A DNA stretch of 64,000 nt from contig CP000066.1 in NCBI GenBank assembly GCA_000002445.1, positions 96,001 through 160,000 on the forward strand, given 5' to 3'. This DNA is from Trypanosoma brucei (lineage: Eukaryota). The notes beneath the pieces are model-generated. The model saw nothing but the letters and a program-made list of their open reading frames with translations, searched no databases and was not told the origin of the DNA. A program made the position numbers and the translations under genes. Shown here piece by piece: positions 24,686 to 37,100 of this stretch. Position 1 is the stretch's first letter. Each line of letters begins with the position of its first letter.

Positions 24686-25789
24686 TCACATAACCAGAAT
24701 TGCTGCAAAGAATATTAAACCAATTAGGGTATGTTGCTTCCTCATTGTGAATCCTTCTTCATCTATCATATCGTCGTCATCGACACTTCTCTTGCGTTTT
24801 TTCCCACTCTCTCTGAAATACCTGCGCACCATCGGGCTCTGAGTTAACAGTTCTTTTAGTTTATTTTCATACTCCACAAAGGAGGTAAGAGTTGGCTCTA
24901 CATCACGGTACTGTTGTGCAATACTTTCATATCCGTTTCTAACCAAAGTGTAATTGATGATAAGTTTGGGCACCGTGTCACTAGACATTATGGTAACGGC
25001 AGCTTCTTTACGATAGGTAACAAATCCTCCAGTAGTTCCCACTATGAAGGATCCAGCCCCCCCATTTGCAACATCTTCCGTACCCATGATCCAGCATTTT
25101 GTGTCGTTATTGTCTGTAAGTTCAACTCTCTGGTCAGTTTTATATTTATCTAGCGCAGCCAGTACACCATCATCTGACATATCTTTTATAACGGACATAT
25201 TACACTCATCTGGAGCCTTTGCTGCTTTGTGCCCAGCATCATCACTTCCACATCCATTTTCTGAAGGGGCAGACTTCTCTTTCACCAAACAACACCAATC
25301 GTTTTTGTCACCCTTTGTTTGCTCAAACAACACTACTAGATCCCTCAACACTTGTCCTATTGACAGTGATGCATTCACAACATGATAGGAAACTCTTACA
25401 ATGTTTAAAAAACTAGTATCCATTAACTGAATAGCTTTATCTGTATTGTTCATTACTTTTTCCATTTCCACATATGTTTTCTTTATATTTTCCATATCAC
25501 TTCCATTAACAACCCCTATCTTCTCCAAACCCTGCACTATTGCCTTCCATGTCCTCCCCTTTACACCATGCCTATGTCGCCACTCCCGAAACTTATCTAC
25601 CATTTCTGTAGCATTTTGGTGCTTCTTCAGAATCTCAGTGCTCACAACCCTCAAGGCATGACTGAGATTGCATAACGTTTTGGCTCCCTTGAGTGTCATG
25701 GCCTTGCCGGAAGGCTGCCCCACAACTTCCCCAATAAGGGAACCCAGCACTGTCAGACACACTGCAAGAAAAAGTGATATCACCTTCAT
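24686..25789 (-). CDS. ESAG1-like surface glycoprotein (tentative), 367 aa, with signal peptide and C-terminal hydrophobic anchor
   Basis: It has a signal peptide (MKVISLFLAVCLTVLGSLIG) and multiple NxS/T sites. An acidic stretch (KRKRSVDDDDMIDEEGF) precedes a terminal hydrophobic segment (TLIGLIFFAAILVM). It is distantly similar to 20511..21503. Confidence 0.55.
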   Translation of the reverse strand: MKVISLFLAVCLTVLGSLIGEVVGQPSGKAMTLKGAKTLCNLSHALRVVSTEILKKHQNATEMVDKFREWRHRHGVKGRTWKAIVQGLEKIGVVNGSDMENIKKTYVEMEKVMNNTDKAIQLMDTSFLNIVRVSYHVVNASLSIGQVLRDLVVLFEQTKGDKNDWCCLVKEKSAPSENGCGSDDAGHKAAKAPDECNMSVIKDMSDDGVLAALDKYKTDQRVELTDNNDTKCWIMGTEDVANGGAGSFIVGTTGGFVTYRKEAAVTIMSSDTVPKLIINYTLVRNGYESIAQQYRDVEPTLTSFVEYENKLKELLTQSPMVRRYFRESGKKRKRSVDDDDMIDEEGFTMRKQHTLIGLIFFAAILVM

Positions 25790-25970
25790 TATTTATCTAA
25801 AAACAAAACATGTTTATATGGGATAATTTAATACAGTTACATCTCATGAGGAGCTAGCACACACATGAACATAGATACACATATATACTATACCATTTTA
25901 CATACAACAACAAAGAAACGAAACAACATGACATAACATAGTATAACATAAATAGTAATGTAGAATTAAA

Positions 25971-27335
25971 CTAAAACACACAAATAAGAGATAAAATTAA
26001 TAATGTAAACCCCCCAGTTTCCACATTCAAATGAGTAAGTCCATCATTATTTACTTCAGCATTGCCACCTTCATCATCACCCTTACCTTGGCTACTTTTC
26101 CATAGCTCCGCATCACCACCAAGTTTCACCTCAAGATATATTTCCTCTGCCTCATGTTGGTACTCTTCCAACTCATGAAGATGACTGTCAGCTTCTTTGG
26201 CATATTTTGTCATTTCTTGTAGCTGCTCGGTAGCATTAGTAAGGCGGTTGTACCATGGAATTCCACCATTTTCAAGTGTGTGATTGTAACTGACACACGT
26301 GAATCCAGCAGTATGGCCCGTGCATGTGCGATTTTTGTTTTTTCCCGTTCTCACATAACCAAAAATACCCTTCACCTGATATTCATCCTGTTCCAAATTC
26401 ACTAATGCATCAAACTGAGCTAGTGCACTCTTTAAGGTTTTCACATTCGATGCAACATTTTTGTACACACAAGCTTTACTAATCACATCCCATGCCTCAG
26501 TGTGGTTGTATTTTATTTTTGCAGGATCACAAATTCGCCCGTCCCCATCGCAATGTTCAGCCATCATTGTCCAGTTACCATTTTCCGGCCTTCTTATTTC
26601 ATCTCTACAAGGACAATTGAACCCATTATATATATTATTATTACCTCCATCCTCTTCAAGGTTTTCTTTCCTTTTGATCTCTTCAGTTATAACAATGGCT
26701 TCTCCCACACATAGACAGAAAAAGTCATTGATTAACGTCTTTCCAACTGACTTGTCTCCATAAGAACCGCAACTCGTACCTGCATTATCAATACTATTGA
26801 ACAGCAGTGACTTGTTTCCCCTCATGGCTTGCTCCAGAGTTTTATTCTCATTTCTTGCAACATCCACAGCATCGCCATACACAGCCCTCAGCATATTTTC
26901 TTCAGCAGACCGACCAGCATTCAAGGCTTTCGTCCTATTCATTTCCATTTCTTCCTTCAGCGCTTTCGCCTTCTCAAACAGTTTCTCTATATTCTGATAC
27001 GCCGTCGTGCTCTTAGCTGATTTATTGGAACCTTTATTAGCACCCGCAGCTTCTGCCTCACTGACCATTTCCTCCAACTTCTTCACAATCTCACCCTCCT
27101 TTTCACGATTCTTAAAGGAAGGTTGTGGGGCTTCTGCTTGCGTAATTCTGTAAATCTTGCACAGTGTCTCGAACTCGCCAACGTTATGGTACTTATAGCC
27201 GTCACCGATATAGTCCGTAATCTCACTCCAGTCAACCGACTCTGTTGTCCATCTCCCCGCATCCAAATCGCCCTGAAAGGAGGGAGACAAAACAGTCACA
27301 AACAGCCCAACAGTAAACACTATTTCATACCTCAT
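25971..27335 (-). CDS. ESAG2-like / VSG-related GPI-anchored surface protein (tentative), 454 aa
   Basis: It has a signal peptide (MRYEIVFTVGLFVTVLSPSFQG) and a Cys-rich, N-glycosylated extracellular domain. Its hydrophobic C-terminus (GGFTLLILSLICVF) is typical of a GPI signal. It lies between the ESAG8-like and ESAG1-like genes, as in a bloodstream expression site. Confidence 0.5.
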   Translation of the reverse strand: MRYEIVFTVGLFVTVLSPSFQGDLDAGRWTTESVDWSEITDYIGDGYKYHNVGEFETLCKIYRITQAEAPQPSFKNREKEGEIVKKLEEMVSEAEAAGANKGSNKSAKSTTAYQNIEKLFEKAKALKEEMEMNRTKALNAGRSAEENMLRAVYGDAVDVARNENKTLEQAMRGNKSLLFNSIDNAGTSCGSYGDKSVGKTLINDFFCLCVGEAIVITEEIKRKENLEEDGGNNNIYNGFNCPCRDEIRRPENGNWTMMAEHCDGDGRICDPAKIKYNHTEAWDVISKACVYKNVASNVKTLKSALAQFDALVNLEQDEYQVKGIFGYVRTGKNKNRTCTGHTAGFTCVSYNHTLENGGIPWYNRLTNATEQLQEMTKYAKEADSHLHELEEYQHEAEEIYLEVKLGGDAELWKSSQGKGDDEGGNAEVNNDGLTHLNVETGGFTLLILSLICVF

Positions 27336-30300
27336 TGTGATTATGTTTTTACTTTTATCAGTTAAGCAAATTGGGGCAAAAGCTTATTATCACAGTCGTT
27401 ATTGTTATTGGTAGACACATTCAACAAAATATACACATTAAAATATCAAAACAAAAGCCAACAACTGGCACAAAACAATCACAGTAGCACCCAACAAGGG
27501 GGGAAACACATCCCAAAATACATTCACATGGGTTCTCTCTCCTCAAGTTGGATATCAACATTAAACACCCTCATAGTTGTTTTCCCATTGGTTACCTCAC
27601 TCTTCCTAATTTCTAAATTCAAAAAATTCACTTTCTTAATCTTCATGCTAGTTTCCTCACTTTCCCAACTGAGCTGCGCTGCCGCTTTCTTGGTTTCCTC
27701 AATGAGTTTATCCACTACCATAATGAGTACCGGCACATTCATCTTACGTTATTTCCAAACCCTCTCTCGGTTTCATTAGCTTCAGTTATTACTTTATGAC
27801 TTTATTGGCTAGCACATTACGCGCTTTATTTGCATGCATGTATTACCCTTCTCTATTGCAATCAACTCTACTGCTGGGCCTCATTTAGCATATCATCCCT
27901 TCTTTATACATGTGCTGACAACACTCTTCGTTGCCCTCTCTGCGTGCTTGCACAGCTCCTTGCCTCCCATTTTCTTAAATCACACACTAGTAAAGATAAA
28001 AGTTGGATTTTCAAAACACTCTCATTGGACACCTCTGCTCGTAAATGAGGCCTTTGATCGCACTGTGACATTACGGGATATTATGTCAGTCACCAACACA
28101 CAAAACAGTCCCAGAATAAAGAGTGGCCTCCCCTGTCAGCACCCTCATTTAGATTATTTGCCACTCACCATAATTACCATCCTTATAGATACACTCGTAA
28201 CAACGGAAGTTATATACGTAGCTACCCGTCCTATCAGTAAACTCTTACCACCCTTAATTCACATGCAAAGTGCGTTAACACACTCCACCACCCAAAACAT
28301 AGATGATGGAGGGATAGTCATATTTATAATAACTCACCAATAAGATAACTCAAACAGGAGCACCTCGACAGAAATATATGATGAGTTAAGTAACGTTCTC
28401 TCCATTCAACCGACCTTACCAGATGTCAAACCCAGGACGACCAACATGGCAAACATCAGGCTGGTGCAGCGAAAGGTGTTATACGACTTGGAGAGTGTTC
28501 AGTGGCTAGCACCGATGAAGACTGGCATAACACCATTCCCTAAGTGCGGACAGCTTCTTTTTGGTGCCAAGATTTAGCACAAGATAAGTTTCAAGATCGA
28601 AAGTTACAACCTCCACAGATGAAATTGCCACACCGAGATCGGCGCAGCCATGCCATGGAAATGCCATAACTTCCCATCCAACAATTTGTTGTATCGCCCA
28701 TACAACGTAAAGGGCAATCGCCGATTCGCCTTTGTGTACGGAAGGCTGAGAAAAACGGTATATACAGTCAGTAGTTTGTTGCAATTACGTCAATATAATC
28801 ATCTGTAACTGAACCCGTGGAGTCTTTAAAGCCATAATGCGCCTTAAAGTTTTGTCTGACAGCGTTTTTTAGTCGCTTAATAATCTCTTTTCCCCCCTTG
28901 ACCCGCTGCCGTGAAGTCTCCGTGACGTGGTGTGTCTGAATGCACTTCTTCCCCCTTTCCTAAGGTATCCCAATTGCACTTTTTTAAATGTGCCCCATCA
29001 ACTCCCACCCGAGTGAAGTGCAGTAGTCGTATCAAATCCGTGGGTCTGTAACCTGAGTGTATCCATGTTGGATGGAGAATAGAGGAACAACAGGAGGCAA
29101 CACCATAACACGCCTTCCTACTAGTAAGGTATAAGTGGAGGACTCGCACCGCCCACCTCTTGGTCCCCTATCTGGACGATACTACCACCCTTTCCCAGCA
29201 ATCCTGTCCTTGTGGAACGCTTTTCGCGACGAAAACTCCCAACACCTGGGGTTGGTTCCTTTTTTGAAGGGGCGAACGTTGGCAATCTTAACAGAAGGGA
29301 AAACGGTTGCGGTGTTGGCGCCGTCTTCGGTAACGCTGAGTTCTGCTTTGTAACAGACAAGTTTGGCGGGTTACTTTTCGTGCACGTTCAGTCGCTTAAC
29401 ATACCACCTCCCCTTTCATTCGAAGGGAAGTCTACTTTCCAAGTTAACACAACAACTTCCCTTATTTTTCAGTGGTTCCTGTTCTCATGTTCAGTGTGAC
29501 GATTTCACGTTCCTTCTCCGAAGGATCACTTTTGACGTCACCCGCTATGGTGCGCATCCGATACCCCCACTGATTTTATTTGCTCCAGCAGACGCCTCTC
29601 ATTACCCTTTTGACGACCTTAACAGCGCACCGTTTCCATAATTATGGTCAATTTTCTCTGCGCTACGGTAGCAGTAACCCCCTGAGCTCGAGGTGTACAC
29701 TTCCATTGGTATAACTCGCCAAATCCATCATCGAATCTATCCAGCTTTGATTGTTATTAAAGTTACTCACGACCATATACGCTACCACATCGCCATCCCC
29801 AAAGCTGCAGATATCAGAAAAAATATATACTCTCATTCAGAGTGAGCACCCCCAGAAGTTTCACATGTGCCACGACCCGTGAAACCCGAACAGGCATCAA
29901 ATAATGCCTCCTTTTTGAGTTTTTTTAGGCCATTACAGCGTTTTGAGTCCGTTGTTGCTGTGTCCATCGTTCTAAGACGGATAGATTCCAGGCCCTCAAC
30001 ATCGACAACCCTGTTATTCACTAATTTTCTGCCCTACCGCATGGGGGCTCACCCCTTTCTCGCCCACTTCACCTCTTTACAACCAATCTGATAACAGGAA
30101 GAAAAAGACGCATTTTAGGAGTTTGTTAAGCACCAATGAGTGCAAATGAAATAAACACAGGAGAGCCTTTTCTCTCGTGGACACTGATACGAAATCATAA
30201 AACTACTGTATAAATAAGTGAAAGTATATGAGGTATTATCGCATAAAAGAAGGATGTTAGGAGAAGAGGGGTAGAAATTGACACTAGGCTATGTAAGTTT

Positions 30301-30587
30301 TTAAAGGCCGCGGGTAGTGTCCCCGCTAGCTCAGAATATGCATGTATTTTGGATACCCGCGACATGTGCTTATATGTGTGACCTTCCTTATCATTTTATT
30401 TAATTACAGTGTATATTATTATACTTCCCAGACACAGAATATGTATCTCTATGGTGGAAAATATTAAGTTAATTGCATAATAATTTTTACAAACACTACC
30501 CTAGTCGTGGTGTAGTATTAATAAAAGAATATTAGACGACAAAAGAAGATAGTTCCCAGTGGGATTTTGAGTCTAGACGATCGTCGC

Positions 30588-32708
30588 CTACATATATTCA
30601 TCATCCATCCTTTTAACGTAGCAAGCATGAGTTTCATCTGTTACTTCCACATCAACACCTCTGTCCATCAAACCCTCAACCAAATTCCTGTCTGCATTGT
30701 TGTCATCGATGTAGAGAACACACAGGCGTGGGAGATTCATGAATTCGACAATACCATTCCTTATTGTCCCGCAATTCCGTAAATCGAGAGTCAGCAACCC
30801 CCTGCAATCTCGCTGTCCATGAATGTACCATAGTCTCGTGCAATTCCGCAAATCAAGCGTTCTCAAGTTGCCGCACCCATCCAACCACAAGTCCGTGATA
30901 TTTTCACAGTTGCTTAGGTAAAGGTTTGTGAGATTCCGGCACTCGCACCCATTCAACCAAACCTCCCTCAGGCTCACACAATCGTTAAGCTCCACTGTCA
31001 TCAGATTTGAGCAGCCACTTAACATACTGAAATCATCTATTTTGCTGCTCCCTGTAAGCCTCAGCGTCTTCAGATTCTTGCATGCGCCTAAAACACTCAG
31101 GTCTGGATTCCCTCCACAGTTGCACAAATTTAGTGTCTCTAAGTTCGTGCAACCACGGAGTGCACTGATGTCTTCCAACGTTTTACAATCAATCATCTCT
31201 ACAGTTGCAAGCTTCTTGCATTCCTCCACACCAGTAAGGTGTTTCAGTCTCGCGCACTCCGAAAGATTCAACATTTTCAGACTTCCACAATTCCTTAATG
31301 GCCTCAAATCGGACAAACTGATGCACCCGGTAAAATCCAATGTGGTGATATCCTTACACTCCCTTAGCAGCGTGATGTCCTTGACATTTTTACATCCTCT
31401 GAGTATCAATGTCCTCAATCTTGTGCACCCATCTAGAGCGTACAGTCCCTTCATCCTTGCACATCCAGACAAGTTCAGTGTGACGAACCCTTCGAATTCA
31501 CGCAGAAACATAACATCCACATCCCTCACAACCACACCACCCAAATTGAGCCCTGTTAGCTTCGGGTTCCCGCATACTTGGCGGACGCCAACCTCAATAT
31601 TGCGACTCCCTCCAATTGAGAGGTACTCCAGAGTCTTCATTTTCGCCAGTGGTTGAATATCAGTAACAGCGAGGCAATTTTCGCAGTTCAAATGAACCAG
31701 TTGCTTGAATGTACTGACTTTAATGACACACTCATCATCAATGCATGTACTGGCCAAATTCAGTTCCCTCAAGTTCGGAATCGCAGCCAGCTCCTCCAGC
31801 CCCTCCTTCATGTTAATGCACTTCTCAAGCGACAACACCTCCAGCGGACTAATTTTTCCCAATGCTTTTATATCAGAGATATTCATACACTCACTGCAAT
31901 CCAAATCAGCCAAATGCGTACTCCCGCTGAGACTCAAGATGCACGCGTCGTTAGCCGCGGTGCCTCTCAAACTCAACTTCCTCACGTTGGGCAGTGCACA
32001 AATGTGTTCCAAACCCTTTTTAATATTTTTACAACCCGATAGGGAGAGCTCCTCGAGTGTTTTTATCTCTGCTACAGGTGAAATGTCCGTGATATGATGG
32101 CAATTATTGCAGCTCAGATGCAAGAGTATCCTATTACTGCTGATCTCAACGACGCACTCATCGTCCAACTCCGTGTTGTCCAAAGTCAATTTCCGTAAAT
32201 TACTCAACGTCATAATATGCTCCAAATCAGTCTTCAACTTGCTATATCCGCTGAGATTGACTTCCTCCAAAGTTGGAACTCCAGAGAGTGCCCGAATTCT
32301 TGACAGATCCACGCAATTTTCCAAATCCATCACAGTCCAATTACTCTCCTCTGCTTTAAGGACCTGCTCATATATTTTGGACGGCACCTTTCCTCCCATT
32401 CGCTTCGTTAATTTCACAGGATCCACACTGCCGCTACAATCCTCACTCCCGATAAATGTTGTAGCGACTGAGCTTCTTCTTCTGCACCTCGCAAACCGGG
32501 TGTTGTCCAACTCATAACGGAACGCAGGCCGACGGGAACATACGCTTATATCGCATAGAGGACACACTGATAAATCGCGATAGCACGTGCTACACAGAAC
32601 GTGCTCACATGGCAACACTTCAATGGGAACCGCACACTTCATTAGGCACTGGGGACACCCTACTTCTTCCCTCACTGGGCATTCCGTCACCCAGGAAATC
32701 TTCACCAT
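30588..32708 (-). CDS. ESAG8-like protein: N-terminal C3HC4 RING finger plus a long leucine-rich-repeat array (about 706 aa from MVKISW)
   Basis: RING motif CPQCLMKCAVPIEVLPCEHVLCSTCYRDLSVCPLCD. More than 18 tandem LRRs of about 23 aa (LxxLxLxxCxxIxDxxxL). The long ORF 30588..33089 has a non-conserved-looking 127-aa N-terminal extension. The start was set at Met128 by codon counting from the ORF end, with ±3 nt uncertainty. Confidence 0.7.
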   Translation of the reverse strand: MVKISWVTECPVREEVGCPQCLMKCAVPIEVLPCEHVLCSTCYRDLSVCPLCDISVCSRRPAFRYELDNTRFARCRRRSSVATTFIGSEDCSGSVDPVKLTKRMGGKVPSKIYEQVLKAEESNWTVMDLENCVDLSRIRALSGVPTLEEVNLSGYSKLKTDLEHIMTLSNLRKLTLDNTELDDECVVEISSNRILLHLSCNNCHHITDISPVAEIKTLEELSLSGCKNIKKGLEHICALPNVRKLSLRGTAANDACILSLSGSTHLADLDCSECMNISDIKALGKISPLEVLSLEKCINMKEGLEELAAIPNLRELNLASTCIDDECVIKVSTFKQLVHLNCENCLAVTDIQPLAKMKTLEYLSIGGSRNIEVGVRQVCGNPKLTGLNLGGVVVRDVDVMFLREFEGFVTLNLSGCARMKGLYALDGCTRLRTLILRGCKNVKDITLLRECKDITTLDFTGCISLSDLRPLRNCGSLKMLNLSECARLKHLTGVEECKKLATVEMIDCKTLEDISALRGCTNLETLNLCNCGGNPDLSVLGACKNLKTLRLTGSSKIDDFSMLSGCSNLMTVELNDCVSLREVWLNGCECRNLTNLYLSNCENITDLWLDGCGNLRTLDLRNCTRLWYIHGQRDCRGLLTLDLRNCGTIRNGIVEFMNLPRLCVLYIDDNNADRNLVEGLMDRGVDVEVTDETHACYVKRMDDEYM

Positions 32709-35700
32709 TATGGGAGTGGGGTCAGCTAAACCGTTAACACACGCAAACGGAGAGAATGAGACAGTGTAAAAGCACAGCAATACTACTTTATTTGTTCGTC
32801 TGCAGGCGCATGTGTAGGCGTATGTAAGTGTGGATGAATTTATATTGATACACGTGCCCGGATTAAATATGAAGTAAGGGTTGGCAACAAAGCATTTACA
32901 TGTGTTGTCCGGTAAAAGCGTTGGTAGTAGGAGGAGTTGGTGTAGTTTTACTGCTTTGAACAGGGCATGACACGAATTGAAGGCTGGGAAGCCACTGCAC
33001 TTAGATGTGGTAAGTGTACACGGTGTCAAGGAACTTTTTGATAGCAGAGTAACTGTGACAGCGGTCAGAATTGCCCTGTAGACATACATTCACATATGCT
33101 TCCTCCAGACGTCGGTTTGGAAAATCAAGCCTCCTGTGGGTTTCTTTCTGATTTCCGAATCGACTTCGTTGGTGCATGCTTTTTACCCGAAGAGCGTCTG
33201 GTGTCTGGTTGCGAAGCGTTTTTATCTTTCCTGGCCCCTCAAAGTTTTTCAATCTACCCCTACATTTCTGATGAACGGCATCTCTTTTTATTGGACTGAC
33301 CCCAGCATGCTGTTGCACCAAAAGGTTACATCGTGTTTACAGTGTCAGTCTTTCCTGGGTGGACGATGCTTCACCAAATCTTCTTTGAAAATTCTCCCCT
33401 CCATATCCAGAGAGTTTTGATAAGAATATGATTACAAACTCTCTGGATGAACACTTCACTCCTGCGTTCCCTATTCTCAATTTTAATCGCATTTGCGACT
33501 GACCTCTCTAAATCTCCACTTTCGCTTTGACCCTCGTCAGCCGTCTCCTTCGTATTTATTGCCGAGTTTCTCCTTTACAGCAATATCCCTCCAGCAAATC
33601 TGGTTGTGCATGAGAGACAAGTGGCCCTTTTCAAGTTTTCCCTTTCTCTGCGGGTTTGGCCGGTTTTCTCACACGGCGCGTTTAAGTCTCCACTCCTTTC
33701 TTTTCTCTGACTCTCATTTACAGGACCTCTCCTCCCTTCGTGCATTATGAACTCTTATCGCCGTGGATCCTCCTCACCCATTGATTCGCTATCTCCCCGA
33801 TGGACGCCGAGGCAAGCTGGAATCAAATCCCAATCCTCCTTGTCCTGTTGGTAGCCTTACCCCAATCGAGCACACTTTCGAAGCACATAACACGACACAT
33901 TTGACCCCCTCAGGAGTCCTAAGTTAACCAAAATACGAACCCTTAGAAAGTTAATGCATTCATAAACCTTAAACCCCGCTGGCAGCATGAGCACACTTAC
34001 ATATCGAAACCACTTAACCTCTCGCAGCCATTGAGCCATTCCACCGTGGCTCAACATTACCGCAAACAACAAAGAGAAAAATCTCCCACTTCCTTGCTAC
34101 TTCCCCTTATTTTGTGTCACGTAACTATCACCTACAACGTCCACACTGCCAAGAAACCGCTTCCAAGCCCTCCTACATCTGCATGCGACTAATTACCCCT
34201 TTCTTACACGCATCTATATGGGTATAGTTCCTCCCACCAAATTAAGAGATCAAGAAAACCCCACACCCTCCACATCCGAACACCCTCGCATATACAAAAA
34301 ATAAACTGCCTGCAGTCCCTGCTCGACCCTTTTCTATGGTTCCAAACAATAATCCTGCTTAGTCTCCGCGATGTAACGAAGTTCCTCTCCTATCTCCCTT
34401 CTCCATCTTCCAGATCCTCCTCCCTTGACCCAAGCTATGCTTTACTCTCTGCCTTTCCTCGCACACATATTCTGAGGTGCGCACCACGACTATCAACCAC
34501 TGGTAACCCTGTCTCACAACCACATGTATGGCATTCCCAACTTCATACACAGGACAGAACGTACACCCCTAAAGTGAAAAAAAAACCTTGTGCACACAAT
34601 TCCTTCACAATGGTGATTGTGCTTACGCCCCTCAACCGCTTCTCTTGGCGGCCCTGCGTTGAAGTCCGCTCTCACCAAACTCTGCTCGCACGAGCCCTTC
34701 CTAACCAAAATTAAACTTCACAAACACGGGGAGTAGGATATGTTGCTTCTCATTGACCATTTCCTCCGCCTTCCGACTAACATCTGTCCCCATATCCCCA
34801 CCACACCTAACACTAAATACGAGGAATTTTGCATATGTTCTATGAGTCCGCACGCCTTGCATCTAATTGCTTATAATTCAACCCACTTCATCACGCTCAA
34901 TCCGAAAAGTCTAGGAATGCGACTCCAAAGTGTGGCACCACCTCCTTCCAGGTTATACACCCTCTTTTCACTTGAAGGAAGGAGCTGATGCCGCATAAAA
35001 ATAGTTTACTTTGGGAAATTCTAGACGACAGTATTGTGATCGTCGTCATTGCTGTTACCGTGTCTCCACTACTGTCTCAGCGCTTTGGACGTGAGCTCGT
35101 TTCACCTACCGGTCAGACGCATCTGGTAACGGCCATACTGGCGCTTGTAGCGTTGGGTGTTGCCCCATGCTCTTTATATCACACAAACCTGGCAGTGAGT
35201 AGTTTCTGCTAATATGCAATGAATCCTCGAGGCAGCTTCCGTTGCTGCTGTGCCTCAGCTGTTGTTGTATGCGTATATCTTCCGTGATTATTTTTACCGC
35301 CTGAGAAAGGAAATCTTTGCAGAAAAAATGTTTGGAAGCTTTGCTCATGCAAGCGACATCAGGTAGTAACGTCCGACTTGGCTACGACTACACCACGGTT
35401 AAAAGGCTATTGTCCCGATTCATGCCGGGTACGCAGAAGGTGCACCACGGGGCAACCGTCACCATTGGAAACCCTTAGAAAACTGCAGATGGGCGACCAC
35501 CTGGAGCTTATCATCTCCTTCCACACCCTCACTCGTGATGTCATCATTCCAAAAGCAGTGGAAAAGAAGGTATAGTCGGGAAGCGGAGCTAATGTAGAAT
35601 TCAAACTATCAAACATATAGTGTAAATTTTGGTCCAAACGCTTAACGACCCAGTGCACATACGCACAACGGCGCGTCACCTTCGCAACACCGGTCAAGAG

Positions 35701-36746
35701 AGAGAGATGTGCCTGCCGACTGCATCAAAGCAGTTGGCACAGTAGGCAACAAAAAGATAATACGCGGAAAGCGTAAACTAGATATTGAAGGTTTGCCCAC
35801 CCACTTCACAACCGCATTCCCCACGGAACAAGTGGCAGCGGCCCATTTAGACACATCGCCCGGTAAACGAGAATAACTAAGTTGAGAATAGGGACGAGCG
35901 ACAGCGCTCGATCCTCAGTTGCTAACAAATGCCCTGAGTCCCTTTCCCTTCCCTTACTAAGCGTCCCAGGACACGACCGCCGACCTCCAACACAGGTTCT
36001 CTACGGAAGGATAAACGATGAAGAGCAGGGACGCGGATGACACTGCAAAAAGGATTGGACACTGCGACTATGATGAGAATCCTCCAAGGCTTCGAGCAGC
36101 TCGTTGAAAACGAGACGTGGAGCATTTTGGAGGATGCTTTAAGGACACTCTGATACTGACGCCCAGCGACGCCCGCTTCGAAATGAACTTATATTCCTCC
36201 CGACAATTTATTGGTGATCCGTGTTTTGTGACACCCATGGAAAACATGGCGGATGTTGCGGGAAGAGGCGCTGGCAGCCGACACCACCGATCACACACCG
36301 CTTGAACATCCTAGCCCATTTCCACGCAGAAGTACTCCGTACTCAACTAACGAACAACCAGGTTCTCACTACCAACAGTTGACACCCTGACCTTCTCGCT
36401 AACATTGTTGGCTCATAACGGCGTTGTTGTCGAAGCACCCTCCCGACCACAGCTACTTCCTATTCTTTTTCTCCACAGATATGGAACACCAATAAAAATA
36501 AAGCTGATGCACAAATTATGAACACCGGTGACGAAGCGGTGAGAACACCGACGCAAACACCTTTTTAATGCACTAGATGTAAGCGCGCAAATAGGCATCT
36601 AGCAAACTCAAAGTGTTCATAACAACGCACTATTAGAGCGTATGTGCATGTTTGCATACATATGTTAAAGCAAAGAAAACAAAAGAGCAAACCATCTCTG
36701 TCGACGTACCAGTCCTTTCCTATGCGTTGTTGTTACTGGAAACTTT

Positions 36747-37100
36747 TTAATCCCGAGCGTCACCGATGCACTTCACCGACACGACGACTAACACTAATAC
36801 CATCGAAACGACTCCCATCCATGCCAGGAGCGCAGCACGAGTCGAGAGCTCCCCCTCTCCTGCTTCTGAACTTCCAAAAGTGGGGCACTCAATTCCACAA
36901 ATATATGTGTGATCGCCATACATTTCGTCGTCGTCTTTCGGGCAAACATCATTACTCGGATTTGCAGCTGTGACTGCATCCGTTGGTGCCGCAGCAGCGG
37001 AGCCGGGTGAGCCCGGTACGGCTGAAAAGGGGTTTGGGTTGACTTCATTCTCCGCCGTGGTGACAGCATTCGCCTCTTCCGGTTTGACGGCTGCGGCCAT
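36747..37100 (-). CDS. Small hypothetical protein with C-terminal TM segment (117 aa)
   Basis: The ORF is Ala/Pro-rich with an acidic stretch and a terminal hydrophobic helix (LLAWMGVVSMVLVLVVVSV). It is isolated in an ORF-poor region and may be spurious. Confidence 0.25.
   Translation of the reverse strand: MAAAVKPEEANAVTTAENEVNPNPFSAVPGSPGSAAAAPTDAVTAANPSNDVCPKDDDEMYGDHTYICGIECPTFGSSEAGEGELSTRAALLAWMGVVSMVLVLVVVSVKCIGDARD

Noticed and set aside
30928-32517. Plus-strand ORFs (242, 129, 130, 136 aa) over the ESAG8-like gene
   Set aside because: They are antisense to the LRR gene. The repetitive LRR codons create long antisense frames.
32709-33089. 127-aa N-terminal extension of the ESAG8-like ORF
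   Set aside because: It is probably not translated. The RING finger begins right after Met128 as in ESAG8. The extension is kept as a caveat in the findings.
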